From Methanocaldococcus jannaschii DSM 2661 (GTDB taxonomy: Archaea > AGJL01 > Methanococci > Methanococcales > Methanocaldococcaceae), in contig NC_000909.1 in assembly GCF_000091665.1 (NCBI RefSeq), forward strand, positions 940,712-972,711: a DNA stretch of 32,000 bases, read 5' to 3'. Both the position numbers and the translations under genes were made by a program. Of the stretch, positions 27,630 to 32,000 are shown piece by piece; the first letter of the stretch is position 1; each line of letters opens with the position of its first letter. Below the pieces are notes generated by a model. That model had not been told where the DNA came from and ran no database searches. It saw only the letters and a program-made list of their open reading frames with translations.

Positions 27630-28844
27630 GTGTCCATCTTGAAGAAATACAAAGACATGTATCCAGATGAAAATGGAAAGTTTGGCATTTACGGAGGTAA
27701 ATTTGTTCCAGAAACATTGATGCCAGCCATAGCTGAATTGGAAGAAGCATTTAAGAGATTTTGGATAAACAATGAAGGAAACTTTAGAGAAGAGTTCTAT
27801 GCTTTATTGAGGGATTACGTTGGAAGACCAACACCATTATATTATGCTGAGAGATTGAGTGAAGAACTTGGTTGTAAAGTTTATTTAAAGAGAGAAGATT
27901 TAGCACACTTAGGAGCTCATAAAATAAACAACGCCTTAGGACAAGCTTTGTTAGCTAAAAAGATGGGTAAAAAGAGAGTTATAGCTGAAACTGGAGCTGG
28001 ACAGCATGGAGTTGCTACTGCAGCAGCATGTGCAAAGCTTGGATTAGAATGCATAATATACATGGGAGCTAAAGACGTTGAAAGGCAAAAATTAAATGTT
28101 TTTAGGATGGAGTTGATGGGAGCTAAGGTTATTCCAGTATTTGGAGGCTCACAGACATTAAAAGATGCTGTAAATGAAGCTTTGAGAGATTGGACAACCA
28201 ACGTTAGAACTACCTACTATTTGCTTGGTTCTGCCTTAGGACCTCATCCATACCCAATGATGGTTAGAGAATTCCAAAGAGTTATTGGTAAAGAACTTAA
28301 AGAGCAGATATTAGAAAAAGAGGGAAGATTGCCAGATGTTATCGTTGCATGTGTTGGAGGAGGAAGTAATGCAATAGGGGCATTTTATGAGTTTTTGGAT
28401 GATGACGTAGAGCTTTACGCTGTTGAGGCTGGAGGTAAAGGGATAGAAACTGGAATGCATGGAGCTTCATTATGTGCTGGAGAGGTTGGAGTTTTGCATG
28501 GAGCTAAGATTTATGTTAAAGAGGATGAGTTTGGGCAGATAGAAGAAAGTTACAGTATTTCAGCAGGTTTAGATTATCCTGGAGTAGGACCTGAGCTTTC
28601 ATTTTTAAAGGATGAGGGAAGGATTAAAGCAGTTTGTGTAACTGATGACGAAGCTTTAGAGGCATTTCAATTGCTATGTAGGTTAGAAGGTATTTTACCA
28701 GCATTGGAAAGTTCTCATGCCTTAGCTTATGCTGTTAAATTGGCTGATAAATTAGATAAAGATGATATAATGGTTATTAATTTGTCTGGAAGAGGGGATA
28801 AGGACGTTCAGACTGTTGCTAAGGCATTGGGAAGGGAGATTTAA
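27630..28844 (+). CDS. trpB: Tryptophan synthase beta chain
   Basis: [13 protein letters not shown], the PLP lysine motif HLGAHKINN, and GGGSNAIG. The start could instead be TTG 27639 (6 nt after GGGGTG). Confidence 0.95.
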   Translation: MSILKKYKDMYPDENGKFGIYGGKFVPETLMPAIAELEEAFKRFWINNEGNFREEFYALLRDYVGRPTPLYYAERLSEELGCKVYLKREDLAHLGAHKINNALGQALLAKKMGKKRVIAETGAGQHGVATAAACAKLGLECIIYMGAKDVERQKLNVFRMELMGAKVIPVFGGSQTLKDAVNEALRDWTTNVRTTYYLLGSALGPHPYPMMVREFQRVIGKELKEQILEKEGRLPDVIVACVGGGSNAIGAFYEFLDDDVELYAVEAGGKGIETGMHGASLCAGEVGVLHGAKIYVKEDEFGQIEESYSISAGLDYPGVGPELSFLKDEGRIKAVCVTDDEALEAFQLLCRLEGILPALESSHALAYAVKLADKLDKDDIMVINLSGRGDKDVQTVAKALGREI

Positions 28845-28878
28845 AGACATATTCGATTACTTGAGACAATCTTAAGAG

Positions 28879-28908
28879 ACATTAAAGGGACTAAAAGCCC
28901 TTTAATGT
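28879..28908 (+). other. Perfect 11-bp-stem hairpin in the trpB-trpA spacer
   Basis: ACATTAAAGGG 28879-28889 / loop ACTAAAAG / CCCTTTAATGT 28898-28908. Confidence 0.6.
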
Positions 28909-28976
28909 ATCCGTTCTGGTCAAGACACCATAGGACTTCGCCCTATTGGGATACCCATTTAAATTAAGATTTTGAT

Positions 28977-28997
28977 CAACCTTTTCTAAAAAGGTTG
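28977..28997 (+). other. Perfect 9-bp-stem hairpin in the trpB-trpA spacer
   Basis: CAACCTTTT 28977-28985 / CTA / AAAAGGTTG 28989-28997. Confidence 0.55.
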
Positions 28998-29035
28998 TTC
29001 GGGCAGCTTTTACTAAAAAGTTGGAGTGGATGATT

Positions 29036-29875
29036 ATGAAATTAGCAGAAAAATTTGAAGAGTTAAAAAACAAAGGAGAAAAGGCATTTGTTGCATTTTA
29101 TGTGGGAGGAGACCCAAACTTGGAAATTTCAGAAAAGGCATTAGAAGTTATTTGTAAGCATGCTGATATTGTTGAGATAGGTATTCCATTTTCTGACCCT
29201 GTTGCAGATGGAATTACAATACAAAAAGCAGATGTTAGAGCTTTAAACAGTGGCATGAATCCATTGAAGGCATTTGAGTTGGCTAAAAAATTGAATGAAA
29301 AAGCTCCAAATGTTCCAAAGGTGTTCTTAACCTACTATAACATAATATTTAAGATGGGAGAGGAGGAGTTCGTTAAAAAATGTAAAGAGGCTGGAGTTTC
29401 TGGGATTATAGTTCCAGATTTGCCAATTGAAGAGGCTGATAGCTTATACAATTACTGTAAAAAGTATGGAGTTGATTTAATATTTTTAGTTGCCCCAACA
29501 ACACCTGATGAAAGGTTAAAGAAAATTTTAGAAAAGTGTAGTGGGTTTGTTTATGTTGTTTCTGTAACTGGGATTACTGGAGCGAGAGAGAAAGTAGCTG
29601 AAGAGACGAAAGAGTTAATTAAGAGAGTTAAAAAGTTTTCAAAAATCCCTGCCTGTGTAGGGTTTGGAATCTCAAAGAGGGAGCATGTTGAGGAAATAAC
29701 TGAAATAGCTGATGGAGCTATTGTAGGAAGTGCGATTGTTAAGATTGTTGAAAAACATTTAGATGAGAATGGACAAATAAAGGATGAGGAAAAATTCCTA
29801 AAGGAGTTGGAGGAGTTTGTTAAAAATCTAAAGGAAGGGACTAAAAAGAAGGCTAAAGTAGCTATAAAAAATTAA
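29036..29875 (+). CDS. trpA: Tryptophan synthase alpha chain
   Basis: The motifs FVAFYVGGDP, EIGIPFSDPVADG and GFGIS are present. ATG 29036 (or 29030) lies after GGAGTGGA; the ORF-track TTG 29021 is unlikely. Confidence 0.93.
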   Translation: MKLAEKFEELKNKGEKAFVAFYVGGDPNLEISEKALEVICKHADIVEIGIPFSDPVADGITIQKADVRALNSGMNPLKAFELAKKLNEKAPNVPKVFLTYYNIIFKMGEEEFVKKCKEAGVSGIIVPDLPIEEADSLYNYCKKYGVDLIFLVAPTTPDERLKKILEKCSGFVYVVSVTGITGAREKVAEETKELIKRVKKFSKIPACVGFGISKREHVEEITEIADGAIVGSAIVKIVEKHLDENGQIKDEEKFLKELEEFVKNLKEGTKKKAKVAIKN

Positions 29876-30049
29876 CAGAATATTCAAATAAAGAAATATT
29901 TTTATAGGACAATAAAAGTAAAAAATAAATATGAGAAAAAAATATTTGTAAGGATGCATCACATTTATTACATCATTACCTTGAGTCTCTCTTTTAACCT
30001 AATTTTTGTCATTAATTATATTTAAACAAAATGGTAGGGAGGAGTAACC

Positions 30050-30286
30050 TTGAAGGTCACAGACCACATACTGGTTCCAAAGCATGAAATAGTTCCAAAA
30101 GAAGAAGTTGAGGAGATTTTGAAGAGATACAATATAAAGATTCAGCAACTACCAAAAATTTATGAAGACGACCCTGTTATTCAGGAAATTGGAGCTAAAG
30201 AAGGAGATGTTGTTAGAGTAATTAGAAAAAGTCCAACGGCTGGAGTTAGTATAGCTTATAGATTAGTTATTAAAAGGATTATTTAA
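30050..30286 (+). CDS. rpoH: DNA-directed RNA polymerase subunit H (Rpo5)
   Basis: 78 aa, HILVPKHEIV...GDVVRVIRKSPTAG. TTG start after GGGAGGAG. A TATA-like ATTATATTTAAA lies about 25-30 nt upstream. Confidence 0.93.
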   Translation: MKVTDHILVPKHEIVPKEEVEEILKRYNIKIQQLPKIYEDDPVIQEIGAKEGDVVRVIRKSPTAGVSIAYRLVIKRII

Positions 30287-30302
30287 AAAATAGGTGGCAA
30301 TT

Positions 30303-31790
30303 ATGAGAGAATTAGTAGATGCTTATTTTAAAGAACATGGTTTAATAGACCACCAGATAGAGTCATACAACGATTTTGTAGAAAATAGATTACAAAAAAT
30401 TATTGATGAAGTTGGATATATTGAAACAGAGATTACTGGAGGGTATAAAGTTAAATTAGGGAAAATTAAAGTAGGAAAACCAGTTATTAAAGAAGCTGAT
30501 GGTTCAATAAGACCAATAACTCCAATGGAAGCAAGAATCAGAGATTTAACATATTCAGTTCCATTATATTTAGAAATGACCCCTATTATTGGTGAAGGAG
30601 AAGATGCAAGGGAAGGGGAAACTGTTGAAGTTTATATCGGAGAACTTCCAGTAATGCTTGGTTCAAAAATCTGCCACTTGTATGGAAAATCAAGAGAAGA
30701 GCTTATAGACCTGGGAGAAGACCCTGAAGACCCATTTGGCTATTTTATAATTAATGGAACTGAAAAAGTATTAATTACTCAGGAAGATTTAATTCCAAAT
30801 AGAATTTTATGTGAGAAGGCAGAGAGAAGTGGAAAGATAGTAGATGTTGCAAAAGTGTTTTCAACAAGACACGGATTTAGGGCTTTATGTACTGTTGAAA
30901 GACATCCAGATGGTTTGTTGTATGCTACATTCCCTGGAATGCCTGGGCAGATACCATTGGTTATATTAATGAAAGCACTTGGGGCTGAGACAGATAAAGA
31001 TATCATTGAGTCAATTGATGATGAAAGATTCTTTATGGAGATTGTTTTAAACATTCAAGAGATTAGGGAAGAGCATAACATAAACTCCCCTGAAGATGCT
31101 TTGGAGTTTATTGGAAAGAGAGTAGCTCCAGGGCAGGCAAAGGATTATAGATTAAAGAGAGCAGAAACAGTTTTATGTAACTATTTACTGCCCCATTTAG
31201 GAGTTACAAAAGAAGATTTCCCAAAGAAAATTAGGTTCTTAGGAATAATGGCAAGAAACGCTTTAGAACTTTACTTTGGATATAGAGGAGAAGATGATAA
31301 AGACCACTACGCATATAAAAGAGCTAAATTAGCTGGGGACTTAATGGAAGATTTGTTTAGATATGCGTTTAGCCAACTTGTTAAGGATATAAAATATCAA
31401 TTAGAGAGACAAACATTAAGGAACAAAACTCCTTCAATTCAAGCTGCTGTAAGGAGCGATATATTAACCGAGAGAATTAAACACGCTATGGCAACAGGAA
31501 CATGGGTTGGAGGAAAAACTGGGGTTAGCCAGCTCTTAGATAGAACAAGTTACTTAGCAACAAACTCTCAATTGAGGAGAATAGTTTCACCATTATCAAG
31601 GTCACAGCCACACTTTGAAGCGAGAGAACTGCATGGAACTCATTGGGGTAAAATCTGCCCTTCAGAAACTCCAGAAGGTCCAAACTGTGGTCTTGTTAAA
31701 AACTTTGCTATAATGTGTAAAGTTACAAGAGAAGAAGATGATAGCAAAGTTATTGAGCTATTAAAATCCTTTGGAATAAATGTTTCTTAA
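30303..31790 (+). CDS. rpoB2: DNA-directed RNA polymerase subunit B'' (N-terminal half of split Rpo2)
   Basis: Conserved RpoB N-terminal sequence (LIDHQIESYNDFV...). ATG 30303 lies 6 nt after AGGTG. The gene ends at the position where methanogen RpoB is split. Confidence 0.93.
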   Translation: MRELVDAYFKEHGLIDHQIESYNDFVENRLQKIIDEVGYIETEITGGYKVKLGKIKVGKPVIKEADGSIRPITPMEARIRDLTYSVPLYLEMTPIIGEGEDAREGETVEVYIGELPVMLGSKICHLYGKSREELIDLGEDPEDPFGYFIINGTEKVLITQEDLIPNRILCEKAERSGKIVDVAKVFSTRHGFRALCTVERHPDGLLYATFPGMPGQIPLVILMKALGAETDKDIIESIDDERFFMEIVLNIQEIREEHNINSPEDALEFIGKRVAPGQAKDYRLKRAETVLCNYLLPHLGVTKEDFPKKIRFLGIMARNALELYFGYRGEDDKDHYAYKRAKLAGDLMEDLFRYAFSQLVKDIKYQLERQTLRNKTPSIQAAVRSDILTERIKHAMATGTWVGGKTGVSQLLDRTSYLATNSQLRRIVSPLSRSQPHFEARELHGTHWGKICPSETPEGPNCGLVKNFAIMCKVTREEDDSKVIELLKSFGINVS

Positions 31791-31884
31791 AAGAAACTTT
31801 ATTTATTATGTTTTTTCTGAGTTTTTGTTGATGTTTAATTTTAATCTTTTCAAAATCAATAAAAATCTCTCTTAGGTGAAAAAC

Positions 31885-32000
31885 TTGGCATCAAGGGAAG
31901 TAAATATTTATGTTAATGGAAAGTTAGTTGGAACTACAGACAAACCAGAAGAACTTGTTAATTTTATTAGGGAAAAAAGAAGAAAAGGAGAGCTCCCTCA
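31885..32000 (+). CDS. rpoB1: DNA-directed RNA polymerase subunit B' (C-terminal half of split Rpo2), 5' end only
   Basis: Own translation from TTG 31885: MASREVNIYVNGKLVGTTDKPEELVNFIREKRRKGELP, the RpoB region that follows the split point. AGGTGA SD at 31874-31879. The ORF runs off the right edge. Confidence 0.85.
   Translation, partial: MASREVNIYVNGKLVGTTDKPEELVNFIREKRRKGELP

Noticed and set aside
28891-29073. 60-aa minus-strand ORF in the trpB-trpA spacer
   Set aside because: It is antisense to the trp operon and overlaps the trpA start. It has no SD, and its sequence is dictated by the hairpin repeats.
31791-31884. rpoB split (B''/B') as a frameshift or pseudogene
   Set aside because: A split RpoB is the established state in methanogens. 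The downstream half has its own AGGTGA SD and TTG start, and both halves are intact.

Overview
This is a roughly 30% GC archaeal chromosome segment. Its gene order and several protein sequences (SRP19, Mtd, TrpB/TrpA, RpoH/RpoB'') match what I remember of Methanocaldococcus jannaschii around MJ1010-MJ1041; I did not search a database. Content is mostly housekeeping. It includes a partial Arch_ATPase paralog, a fragmented phoU, and pstBACS on the minus strand. Next come a PP-loop ATPase with a small membrane protein, serA, carA, an HD hydrolase, a coiled-coil protein and arcS. These are followed by an ABC-2 transporter pair, L-cysteine desulfidase-like, thiC, a stand-alone group-4 [NiFe] hydrogenase large subunit, top6B, rsmA, archaeal PPAT, an AEC transporter, a DUF373-like membrane protein, corA and srp19. 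The window ends with mtd, a ZIP transporter, trpB, trpA, rpoH and the split rpoB (B'' then the start of B'). I see no defence island, CRISPR array, IS element, integrase or other novel multi-gene system. The unexplained structure is non-coding or sub-genic: (1) a 116-120 nt, 64% GC, multi-hairpin RNA gene candidate with its own TATA box and oligo-T stop, convergent with and overlapping the arcS stop codon, plus a partial copy of its 3' end 173 nt upstream; (2) a family of roughly 95-112 bp perfectly symmetric palindromic elements (central hairpin plus 15-17 bp outer arms). Two copies bracket the pst operon, one of them sitting inside a three-frame-fragmented phoU. A third lies in-frame inside arcS, and degenerate solo arms lie in the pstS-pstC and trpB-trpA spacers; (3) a repeated AAAGTTCATATTTT motif at both pst/phoU control regions; (4) a ~120 aa lineage-specific insertion in Top6B. 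Many ORF-track starts are better placed at downstream ATG/GTG/TTG codons preceded by GGTGA(T)-type Shine-Dalgarno sequences.
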